Source: Azolla caroliniana
Lineage: Eukaryota > Plantae > Polypodiophyta
Direction of reading: 5' to 3'
DNA: 64,000 nucleotides
Assembly: GCA_043228905.1 (NCBI GenBank)
Contig: JBHGNT010000007.1
Span: 15,686,001 to 15,750,000, forward strand
Positions 24,949 through 36,359 of the stretch are shown one piece after another. The notes under the pieces are model-generated. The model made no database searches, was not told the origin of the DNA, and saw only the letters and a program-made list of their open reading frames with translations. A program made the translations under genes and the position numbers. Each line of letters starts with the position of its first letter. Position 1 is the stretch's first letter.

Positions 24949-27900
24949 TCATTCCCCGCCCGTCGGTTCTTCCTCGGTTTCGGATCGTTCATCGTCGCGG
25001 TCTAGGTCAACCGGATCCGGCTCGTCGTCGTGACGCTTCTTGAACGCTTTGATCCGCTTCCCCGCTACCGGAATCGCCATTCTCGTACCGTCGAGTTCCG
25101 CCAGATGGTACGTCCCGTTGTCGTTGGCGCTCTGTACCACGTAAGGCCCGAACCACCTTCTTGCGAACTTCCGCATCGCTCGGTGATGGTTGTCGAGGCT
25201 GCTGTCGTAGACTAGCACCCAGTCGCCTTCCTCGACCTTCTTCGGTCGGAGCCGGTGTGTTCGGTCGAACCAGGCTTTGCTCCTCATCCTTGCTTCTCGA
25301 AGCTTTTCCGCAGCCTGCTCCACGTCCTCCGGTCTCCGCTCGAGCTGTCGTATGCGCGCCGTCAACAGTTCCTCCTGGCTCATCTCGTCTCTCCAATCCA
25401 CGGTTGCCCATGAGGAGACCGTACGTTCGATCGGCATGATCGGCTTCTGCCCAAACATGAGCTCTGCCGGCATGAATCCGGTTACCGAACTGTGCGTAGT
25501 CCGGTCCGCCCACAACGCATAAGGCAACAGCCGTGGCCAGTTCCCGACTTGACCTCCGCATGCCCGAACTAACGCCTTGACGATCGGTCCGTGTCCGCGC
25601 TCCACCTTCCCATTCGCCTCCGGATTGTACGCAGTGGTAAGCGAGAGCTTGACTCCTAGCCGGTCGAACAGCTCCTCGGCCTCTTCGGCGTCCAACTCCC
25701 CGCGATCGGCCACAATCTTCCCGACGCACCCGTACCGGCATATCACGTCTTCGATCAGGAACCGACATACGGCCGCGGTCGTTTTGTTCTGAAGGGCCCG
25801 GCCTTCTACCTGGTTCGTCAGATCTTCCCGAGCCAGGACCAGATACCGCATCTATCCTACTCCCATCGGCATCGTCACCAGATCTACCATCCATTCGAAG
25901 TGGATGGTCGGAGGGTACGTAGGGTGAAGCTCGTCCCGATGTCGGACTATGGAGTGCATCTGACAGCTCTCGCAAGTTGTCACGAACCGATGCACGTCTC
26001 GGTACAGCCCCGGCCACCAGTACTTCCCCTTTATCTTCTCGAACGTGGCCCACGTTCCACGGTGTCCAGCCCAAGGGCTGTCGTGGTAGGCCGTCAGCAG
26101 CTCCTCCTGTTCTTCCTTCATCGCTACCACCCGGAGCGGGACGCCGGTCCTCTTCTTCGGGTGCTTCCATAAGTATCCGTCCCGGAGAAAGAATCGGTAT
26201 GCTTTCTTCCGGATCCGGTTTGCCTCGTCCCTCGTCCATGACGCATCCGGCGTCATCGTCCTCAAAAACCCACCGATCTGGAGCCACTCGCCGTCGTACT
26301 TGCTCTCGTCGAAGTCGTTAAGTGCCGGAGTGCTCCTCCCATCGGCCGTTACGTATGCTGCCTCGAAGAAGTCCACGCCGACTTCTTCGTCCTCCGAAAC
26401 CATGCCGCCCTCGTCATCAAACCTTGCCCTCGAAAGCATGTCGGCCATGGCGTTATCCTTTCCGGAAATGTGCCGTATTTCCGGGTCCAGGGACTTGACG
26501 TACGCTATCCACCTGAGCATCGCCAGGTCCGGTGTCGCGCATCCGGAAACCATGCCGAGAATTGGCAGGCAATCCGTCTCGATAATCACTTCTGCCCCGA
26601 TCAGGTAGTCTTTGTCGGCCTTTACTGCCGAAACGATACCCCAGAGTTCGCGTTTAACCTGGGCGTACCCTCGCTGTCGCTCACTGAGGACCTTCGCGCC
26701 GAATCGGATCAGGAACCGAATGCCGTCCTCGTCTTCTTGGTTGACGACCCATCCGATCCCGGTCGGACTCGTATCCACCGTTATGTATACCGGGGTACCC
26801 TTCCCGTAGACAGCCTTCCGGAGCGTTGGTGCTGCCGCAAGAGCTTCCTTCAGCTTCCGGACCGACTCCGTATGCTCGTCTCGCCATTCGAATTTTTGCC
26901 CTTTCTTCAGCAACCCGTAAAGCGGCTCCGCAACATGGGCGTAATGCGGGATCCATATGTGGTAGAACGCGCATGCCCCCAGGAACCTCCGAACTTCCGT
27001 AACCGAGCTACAGTCGGTCTTCATCGCGGAGATGGCTTCTACCTTTGCCGGAGACGGCTTCCGGCCATATGGCCCACATAGGTGTCCGACTACCAGGATT
27101 TCCGATTGCCCGAAGGCCGATTTCTCCCCGGAGAAGGTGAGCCTAGCATCCTCTAGCCTTTGTAGCACCTTCTCGCAGTCGTCGATGTGTTTCTCCACGA
27201 ATCGCCGGCATCCGTCCGGCCCAACTGTCTCGTCCTTCTCCTCCACCGGGCACCCCTTAATCGGGATGTCGTCCAGAAATGGCATGGTGATGTCGGGGAT
27301 GCAATCCCTCAGTACCTTGTTCATTGCATTTACCATGTGAGCCACCGAGTTAGTCCCTCCTTGTGGCAGGGTACACATTCGCACTAGGCCGAGGGGAGTT
27401 CGCATCGTCGTAATGTCTCTGCTCTCCACGGCTAGCTGGAACTGGTCGTACCCTGAGTACAGGTCACCGACCGAGTAAATCGACCTTCCGCCAAAGGCCT
27501 CCGCGAACTCGTCTATGGTCGGTCCGATTCCTGCGTTTCGAATGGTCACTCTATTGACCGGCTATAGGTCTTGAATGAAGCGCAACGTTCCGTTTTTCTT
27601 CGGTACGGTAAACCATCGGTTCGAGTATGGGGCACTCGACGGTTCAAGAATGCCCATATCTACTTTCTGCCTCAATAGCTCCATCAACTTCGGGATGTGA
27701 GCTCTCGGTACCGGAATCGGCTTGAGATTCCACGGCACATGCGGTACCGTGAATATCACCATCGGCTCCACGATCGTCGGGTCTACGCACCCGATCTCTT
27801 CCGGTGAGAATGCGAAGGCTTTCCCGTGCCTTCCGAGCATCCTCCGAAACCGGTCTTCCTCCGCCGGCAGTAGGAACCCGCCCCCCCCGATTTTGAGCTC

Positions 27901-28422
27901 CCGGAGCGTCCCGTCGGTGAAGGTGTGTCCTATGCAGGCCGGATCTCGTAAACTGGGGTCCGACGCAACCCCTCTGATCCGGGACTCGCTGCCCTCCGGT
28001 AAGGGTGCCGCGACTGGCCTTACCTTCCGGTCCACAGTCTTGTACCTTGTGCTAACTCGGGCCGTCCGATCCGACCCGAGCCCCCGACTGAAGTTCGCGA
28101 TGACTTCGTCCATCTCTTCGGAACATACCGGTATCGTCCGGTCTTCGTTAAGGTCTTCTCCGGCAACCTTCCTCAGCATCCCTAAGGTGTCGTCGAAGGA
28201 GACCGCCTCCACGGCTCCGCTGATTTCCTCGTCCGGGCCGAGAACTCCGCACGCTCGAAGTCGCTCTTCCGCCCTTGTCTTTTCTCGGCCAACGATGCCG
28301 ACCATCATACACCCTCCGTTGTCGGAGAAGCAAAATCTCCCGCCTATCGTACAATCGTGGGGTCTTTCCCGAGTGTCCGGACTGTCTCGGCCCCACGCCT
28401 TGGCAGCCCTCTCTAAAAATCC
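24949..28422 (-). pseudogene. pol ORF2 (RT-RNase H-integrase), in the -1 frame relative to ORF1, with two in-frame TAG stops
   Basis: RT TLPQGGTNS and PFLDDIPIKG; RH VDTSPTGIGW; INT GHRG..CESC, EANGKVERG, WFGPY. Both stops are Gln codons in the second copy. Confidence 0.9.
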
Positions 28423-30537
28423 TCCCGGTTCTCGCCACCGAGGGACTCGCGGTTTCTCTCGTGGTTCGGCCGCACCGTCAAAAATTGCACCGAATGGCGC
28501 CCGTCCTGGCTTTTGACCCTCGCGTAGGCCGAACCGTTGTTCAGCACCTTGGTCTCCATTCTCGCCGTCGTGATGTATGGTTCCCCTAATATGACCGGGT
28601 GCGAAGACGTTTCCTGTACGAAGAAGTGCTGGTCAATCTCGACGTCGCCGATCTTGACTCGCACATTCGGGCAGGCCCCATGCAGTTCCTCGGTGGCGCG
28701 CGTCGCCGCCCGTATCTTCCACCCGTGCTTGGTGTTAATCGGCCACTTCCCCTTCTTATAGAAGTCCATGGACATTAGGTTTATTTCCGAACCGTGGTCC
28801 ACCAACACCACCACCGGTTCCCGAACATCTCCGATCTTTACCGGGGTCTCCGTGGTCGCTCGGGCCCAGTGTGGCCTCGAATAGTGGCTCTCCGCCAACT
28901 CATCTTCCAGCGCCGAGTCGTCGATGTGCGTCGTCCGCACCTCCACCGGTTTTTCCGGTTCCGTCTCCGTCGACAGTCTCTTCCGTTTCACCAGGTCCAC
29001 GATGGAGTCGTGGAACTCCTTCTTGGCGATCCCTAGCACCTCCCGTAATGACAGCTCCACTTTGCTGTCGAGGATCCGTTCTTCTAGGACCTTTCGTAGG
29101 TCCGTAGCCCTTTCTATTTCTGTCCCCAGTCGGTACCCGCCCTTCTTGGGGTTATCTTGCGGGCCGGGCCCACCGGCATCGTTCCGTCGTTGCCCGAATC
29201 GGGTCTCGTACCGTTGTGAGGGCCCGGCCGCTCCGGCTTTCCCCACTCGTTTTTCTTCTACCAGAGACTCGTAGTTCCGGCAAGCGGCTTCTACGAAGCC
29301 CGTCTTCTCCTCGACCGGATCGCTCCACCCGGTTATTTCCCGGACCCTCTCTCGGCGCGGTCCGTTTCATCTTTCCTCAGCCGCGCGCCGGCGAGGCCTT
29401 CCAGCATTGCCGACCAGAAACCGTCTTTACTCTCCTTTCGGGCTTCGCTACCCCCGACCTGAATACCGGCTGACGCCGAGTAGTGGATGGCCTCCACGTG
29501 TCGGGCCGCTGCCTCTTCCATCAGTCTCTTCATACCTCCTCGCCCGTCGTTTCGGCTCAGGGCCCTCCTGGTGTCGCCAGCGTGCACCCGGCCTTCCCAC
29601 AGGTACACCACCCGGTTTCTCAACGCCTCTGCGAAATCGCCGCAGTCCTTCCGAATGTGGCCGACCTCGTCGCACCACATGCACCTGTTCCCCGCTGCCG
29701 GCCGTCGGTCACGAGCCGGTTCGCCGCCTTCCCTTCGAGTCTGGGCGATCTAGAGATCCTTTATCGCTCGCGTCAACTCCTCTAGCGCTGCTCCTCCGGA
29801 CGAGCCATTGACCATGCTGGTCGAAGCCGGACCGGTTTCGAGCCATTCCCGGGTTTCTTCCCTTCGCACTTGCGGCGCCGGTTCAAGCCTCCTTGCTGTA
29901 ACAGAGCCCGCACCGGCCGCCCCGTTGTCAACCCATTCTCGCCGTTTGTCGAAACGGCCACAGACTCTCTTAACCGCAGCCCAGTCGGTCGTCAACCCTT
30001 CTTCAGTTTCCAACAAGGAGCCGACTTGATCCCGATCCCGCTCGTCCACCAACTTGACGAACAGTAGGACCCGGCTCGTATCCAGGATAGTTCGGTCAAG
30101 CGCCGAAAGGCGCGCAAAGCGTTCCTCGAACTCCCGGAGGAGTGCCGACGCATTTCTTCCTTTGCCGGGGGACTCCACCCATTCCATGAAGTCCCGTTTC
30201 GAAAGCCGGAGCGCGTCGTCCAGCCCATATTTCTCTAGGAGCCGGCCTTCGAACTCCTCCCAGGTACGGCTCTCCGCCCGTACCTCGAGCACCTCCGCAT
30301 GGATGCTCGGCATCGCCACTCGAGGGAACCCGGCAAAACGCCTCTCTTCCAGAATGTCCCGCATCAGCATTTCCGCCCCGTAGGACGCCAAATACTTCGT
30401 AGCATCCTTTCCGCTGAAACGGCCGATCGTACCGACGACCGCCTCAATGGCTCTGTCGAGGGCACCGGTGCCCTCGCGTGTGCTCAATATCCGATCCACG
30501 GCCGAAGCCATGGCCTCTGCAAGATCCGACCCCCTCA
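28413..30537 (-). pseudogene. gag-protease ORF1 (one TAG at 29750 and one frameshift near 29345)
   Basis: CMWCDEVGHIRKDC knuckle; protease LVDHGSEINLM...ILGEPY; ends ...REDF*. Confidence 0.85.
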
Positions 30538-30560
30538 TCTTCTGCTCTTCTACCGCCTCT

Positions 30561-30578
30561 TTCACGTCGGGTTCACCA
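30561..30578 (-). promoter_or_regulatory. PBS complementary to the 3' end of tRNA-Trp
   Basis: Plus strand reads TTCACGTCGGGTTCACCA, matching the last 18 nt of plant cytosolic tRNA-Trp(CCA) as I recall it. Confidence 0.85.
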
Positions 30579-33500
30579 AATATGTCGAGGTATTCCTCGC
30601 GGATGCGTGGAGTGAGGCGGGACCTCGGGGGTCCTGTACCGAAGAGTAAGAGGGAGAGAGAGAGAGACCCACTACGTGCGAGCGTAGTTTCACAGGGACA
30701 CGGCCCTTCGACGCAAAGACGTGAATGGGACAGCGACACAGAAAGACACGAAAGTATGTATGTATTGACAAGACAAACAACAAGAACACGAAGACAACAA
30801 ACACGAAGTTGGTTACAACCGAACAGGCCGGCGGACAGATGCCGATACCTGTTCGTAAACGCACAGAAAGACAGGAACAGGTTGGAGGTGCTGCCGGAAG
30901 CACTCGGGCATTCCTCAGAGCAGCGCGAGCCTCCCGAAACCTGCACAGAAGCAAGCTATGGAGTCTGCGAACCAGAGAGAGAGAGAGAAACCTTCGCGCC
31001 CAATCCGACAGCACTTCGTCCTCGACTCTCCGCGATCCCCTTACTCTCCTCGTCTCCCTCCTTTTATAGGCAAGGAAGGAGCCGTTTCCCCTTTACTCCC
31101 TACCTACCGAATCTTCCTAGGATCTCCTATGTACAACTTAAGGTGCACGTGCATGAAGGGTCGGTTTCCACGCTCCGGTACACCGATTCCGCTTGTGGAC
31201 GGTTTTCATCACGACAACGTTCTGCAAGGGGAGTCTAATCGTAGCTCGAGCATGGAAAACCAACACATTGTACGTAATGAATGCTCGATTATGTCGTGGG
31301 GAAGTGAATGTGGCAACCGAAACAATCGGTGAACTGTGGCACAGGAGGATGTGCCACATGAGCCAAAAGGGGATATGGAAGCTTTCCGAGGACAACCTCA
31401 TTCCGGAGGTGAAGAACGTGCAACTTGAGAAATGCATGGATTGCTTGGCCAGTAAGCAAAATCGAACATCCTTCTGAACAAGACCCCCAATGAGGAAGAA
31501 GATACCACTAGAATGCGTGCATACGGATGTATGCTACGTGGACACGAAGTCGCATAGTGGTTCACAATATTTCGTGACCTTCATAGACGACTATAGCCGA
31601 AAGTTGTGGGCTTCCGTGTTGAAGATGAAGGATCAAGTGTTATCCGTCTTCAAAGAGTTCCCAGCGAGGGCCGAGAGAGAAACCAGTCGTAAGTTGAAGG
31701 CAGTCCGAGCGGACAATGGCGGAGAGTACCGCGGATCGTTCAAAGAATATTGCCAAAAAGAAGGGATCCGGCTTGAGTATATTGTGCCAAAAACGCCAGA
31801 GTTGAATGGGCTAGCCAAGAGAATGAATCGGACCATAATAGAGAGAGTCTGAAGCATGCTTGCACATGCGAAATTACCGAAAACATTCTAGGCTGAGGCG
31901 CTAATGACAATAGCATATGTGATAAACCGATCACCCTCAGTACCTTTGGATGGTGATATTTGAGGCAACAAAGACATGTCGTACCGACATTTGAGGTTGT
32001 TCAGTTGTCTCGCTTTTGTGCATGTGGCAAATGACTAGAGGGGGAAATTAGACCCGAAATCGCGGTTGTGCATATTTCTCGGTTATGGCGATGATGAGTT
32101 CAGCTATCGGTTATGGGACTTAGCCAAGAAGAAGGTGATTAGGAGCCGAGACATTGTCTTCATGGAAGAGAAGACAATGATTGATTGGGAGAATGAGAAA
32201 AATTCTCCAACCACCGAATCGAACCGAGTCGATGCTCGGCTGGATCGTGTAGATGACGATTTGATCAAAATTGAACCCATACCAGTCGATCGATCTAATA
32301 CTCGGCAAAATCGAGAAACGATTGATGATCAAGGGGAGTCGGCCGAACGAGGAACCGAAATCGACTTAGATGAAGAGGTTGAAGACGAACTAACCGTACC
32401 GAACGTAGGCCGAAGATATCCCCTTAGAGAGCAAAGAGCCCCCCGAAGATTTCCGGATGAAGAACGCATACTGCTAACCAATGAGGGGGAGCCGGAAAGC
32501 TACGAAGAAGCTAAGAAAGATACCCACATCCGAGAGTGGTTACGTGCCATGCAAGAGGAGATGGATTCCTTGCATGAGAACCACACATACGAACTGGTCG
32601 AGTTGCCGAAGGGGAAGAATGCACTCTGAAATAAGTGGGTATACAAGGTGAAACCCGGAGATGGACGAAATCCACCCAGATACAAAGCACGAATTGTCAT
32701 AAAAGGGTTTCAATAGAAGAAGGACGTGGATTTTGACGAAATATTTGCACTGGTAGTGAAAATGACATCCATCCGAACCATGCTGAGCATTGCGGCCAGC
32801 ATGGATCTTGAAGTCGAACAATTGGATGTCAAGACGGCGTTTCTACATGGAGATCTCAAAGAGGAGATATATATGCATCAGCCGGAAGGATTCGTAACGA
32901 AAGGTAAAGAAAACCTAGTATGTCGATTGAGGAAGAGCCTGTATAGGTTGAAGCAGGCTCCACGGCAATGGTACCGAAAATTCGAATCCTTCATGACCGA
33001 AAACGGGTACCACAAAACGCAGGACGATCATTGCATATTTGTGAAGAAGTTCGATGGAGGAGATTTCCTCATCCTTTTGTTGTACGTGGACGACATGTAA
33101 TTGTCGAACGGGACCATATGAAGATCCGAGCACTGAAGAAGGCCTTGAACGGGTCATTCTCGATGAAGGATATGGGTTCGGCAAAGCAAATCCTAGGTAT
33201 GCACATTGTTCGGGACAGAACAAAGAAATTGCTATGGTTGTCACAAGAGAAATATGTGACAAAGGTGCTCTAGAGATTTGGCATGGAAGGCGTGAAACCG
33301 GTCAGCTTGACATTGCCGACAAACTGCAAGTTGAGTAAAGATCAATGTCCGAAATCGAAAACCAAAAAGGCCGAGATGTCAAAAGTCCCCTATGCCTCGG
33401 CGGTTGGAAGCCTAATGTACGCAATAGTGTGTACCAGGCCAGACATTGGATACACCATTGGAGTGGTCAGCCAATATATGAGCAATCTCGGGAAAGAGCA

Positions 33501-34627
33501 TTGGGCTACCGTGAAATGGATATTTCGGTACCTGAGAGGCACCTCGAGCGTGTGTCTTCGTTTCGGCTCAAGTGACCCCACATTGGAAGGCTACATGGAT
33601 TTGAACATGTCGGTTGATGCAGATACCAGCCGATCCACGTCCGGATATGTAATGTCGTATGCAGGGGGAGTTCTCTCATGGCAATCGAGGTTGTAGAAGG
33701 TCATGGCATTGTCGACCACGGAAGCTGAGTACATGGCCGTAGTGGAAGCCAGCAAGGAAATCATATGGATGAAGGAGTTTATCAGTGAGCTGGGAATTCG
33801 ACAGGAAGAATTCTAACTCTATTGTGATAATCAGAGTGCCATCCACCTTGCAAAAAATGCCGCCTACCACTCGAGGACAAAGCACATCCAATGGAGGTAT
33901 CATTGGCTCCGAGAAAGGGTAGAAGAAAGGGAGTTCTCTCTAGTGAAGGTCCACACGGCCGAAAATGGATCAGATATGTTGACTATAGTGTTACCAACCA
34001 AAAAGTTGAGTGTGTGCTGACGGAAGATCAAATTGGTGCAGTACCCCATGCCGAAGTGAAGGGGGAATTTTTTAGGAAATGGGTCCCTCCGGATGGGAAG
34101 AGAAGAGCCGAGTTTATGAGAAACTCGGCCGAGGCCGAAACCGAAATCATGTAGACAGCCAACTCAGAAGACTATACCTGTAAATAGTCTAAATATGCCC
34201 TTATGGGCTACACTTGTAAATAACCCAAAAGGTGTACTAGTATAAGTACTTAGGGAAATCATAATGTGATGATGAGTCATTGTTAAAAGTTACTTAGAAG
34301 GTCGTTGCCTCTGTAATTGTGTAATAGTAAGTGAGTGAGAGTGAGAGAGTGTGTAACTGTGTAGTCGTGTGTTGACGAAGTAGAATCTCGAGGTCGTTGC
34401 CTCGAAGCTTCTAGTTGTACTCCTCCTTTTAGCATAGTGATTCTGTTTCTCGGGGTTTGTGGACCCCCATGGTTTTCCCATTTCGGGGTTTCCACGTTAA
34501 GATCGTGTGTTTTTGTCTCTTGTGTTATTTTTGTTTTCATACTATGTCTAAGTGCATTCTACTTTACGTTCCCTGCACCCGAACATCCGAACGATAAGCC
34601 GGTTGTGGCCGGTCACAATTCTCAACA

Positions 34628-35811
34628 CATAAGCTATCAACAAGATGATTGGGTAGATACATTGCGCTTTGCTGAATTTGTATATAATAATTATATCCAC
34701 TCCTCTACTAGTGTCATGGACATGACAATAGTCATGTCATGATTCGAATTCAAACTCGTGATCAATTGTATTATAATCAATTTATATGTTTTAACCAACA
34801 CATCCAATACATGGTCATGTTACCTTATTAGATCGTTGTAGATTATCTATTCTACATGTAGGAGATTTTAGAAGCTTCCAAAAAGCTCCAGAAGCTTGTG
34901 CATGAAAATGAGTCCCTACATTGAACTATATTTAGAGCCCAAAACATGTATAAATATAGGGGTCACATTGGCCTTAGTCAAGGTGAACAACGCCAATTAC
35001 GGAATCCAATATTCTGCGTGTTTATCTCTTGTTTCCTTGCTTCCTTCTCTATCTACCTCTCAATATCTTGCCTTTCACCTAGCTCTATTGTTATACTCTA
35101 TCTGTCTATGACAACTAGGGTGACACCATTCTATGCATATACAGGCTATCATCCTCACTAGTGTTTGCTTGAAACTCACGAATTACCCACAAATCCTAGT
35201 GCACAAGATCATTTAAAGCGATTATGCAAGATTTAGGCAGAACTGCCCAACCATCTACATCAAGCCCAACAAACATAAAAGGACTATGCAGATTATCATT
35301 GGCGTCCATCGTGTTTCGGCATTGGAGATCGCGTATGGCGATTACGATGGCACATAAAGACAACCTGACCATGTGCCAAATTGGATTATCAAAGGCTGGG
35401 CCCTTTTCATATTAATGGAAAAATTAATGATGTCACTTTTCGCCTTGATCTACCTTCACAACTACAGATACATCCGGTATTTCATAGTTCTCTCCTTGAA
35501 CCATGTCAGACAAGCTCTATTCCAAATTGTACTACACTACCTCCGCCTCTGATCGAACTTGAAGACAAATCTGAGTCCGAAGTTGCTGCCATCCTCGATT
35601 CCAAGATAGTTTGTAATAAGCTCTACTATTTGGTGGATTGGTTAGGATATAGTCCATGCGATCGTACTTGGGAACTAGTAGAGAATGTGGCACATGCTCG
35701 ACCACTACTTGAAGATTTCCCTCGGCAATATCCAGATAAGCCAGGTCTTGAATCAAAGGTGAATCGTACAACTCGTCGTTCGAAGGGAGGGATAGTGTCA
35801 TGATATGGTAT
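34628..35811 (+). mobile_element. Chromovirus 3' part: integrase C-terminus, chromodomain, PPT, first 16 bp of the 3' LTR
   Basis: QDDWVDTLRFAEFVYNN; LGPF..IHPVFH; chromodomain EVAAILDSK...YLVDWLGY...TWE; PPT 35782-35795; TGTCATGATATGGTA at 35796. Confidence 0.88.
34712..35113. mobile_element. Solo LTR (402 bp) inserted in the chromovirus integrase
   Basis: TGTCAT...ATGACA termini; TSD ACTAG at 34707-34711 and 35114-35118; integrase sequence resumes after it. Confidence 0.88.
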
Positions 35812-36054
35812 TGTTGGGAAATCGGTCCCTCCGGATGGGATCCGGTTATGAATGGAGAGGACTCGGTGAGAACCGGATCAGTGGACCCGGTGAGAACCGG
35901 AAGAGAAGACATTTGTAAATATGTTTGAGTAATCCTATTGAGGCTATATTTGTAAATAGCCCTAAGTTCATATAAGCATAAATATGACTTAGGGCAATCA
36001 CTTTAGATGTTGTTGTTGTTATATTGTTGTATGTATAATTGTTGTATAGTGAGT

Positions 36055-36089
<35 letters not shown>

Positions 36090-36280
36090 TGTGTGTGTGT
36101 GTGTGATACAGAATGGTTTCTGTTGTAACCGCCGCTTGGCGAAGAAACTGAGCTCGAGGTCGTTGCCTCCTAGTCTCTAAGTGTACCCTCTTTCTTCATA
36201 GTGTTAGTTTGGAGTCTGTGGGCTCCCGTGGTTTTTCCCTATTAGGGTTTCCAACGTAAACATCCTATGTACTCTCTATC

Positions 36281-36359
<79 letters not shown>

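Larger units (their letters stand above)
24242..31216 (-). mobile_element. Full-length non-chromovirus Ty3/gypsy element, tRNA-Trp primed, 4-bp TSD
   Basis: 634-bp LTRs at 24242-24875 and 30583-31216 (5 transitions). Flanks ATGT/ACGT. PBS 30561-30578(-). PPT GGTTAGGTGGGGGCGGA at 24876-24892(-). Order gag-PR-RT-RH-INT. Confidence 0.95.
22752..34627 (+). mobile_element. Old Tnt1/Tork-like copia, 5' LTR truncated, many stops, split by the gypsy at 24242-31216
   Basis: 5' LTR remnant 22752-23039; degenerate PBS TTGTATTAGAGC; pol fragments homologous to 54211-58284; PPT 34056-34069; 3' LTR about 34070-34627. Confidence 0.9.

Noticed and set aside
24169-25005. 278-aa ORF (and its 263-aa twin at 30447-31238) as novel genes
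   Set aside because: These are antisense read-through frames across GC-rich LTRs, with no recognisable domain
25007-26287. 426-aa alternative-frame ORF overlapping the integrase
   Set aside because: Probably a by-product of high GC; it is not continuous in the second copy
29333-29350. Frame change within gag as a second programmed frameshift
   Set aside because: No convincing slippery heptamer; a 1-bp indel in a GA-rich run is simpler
25852-29752. In-frame TAG codons as programmed read-through sites
   Set aside because: The second copy has Gln codons at the two positions that can be compared, so they are point mutations
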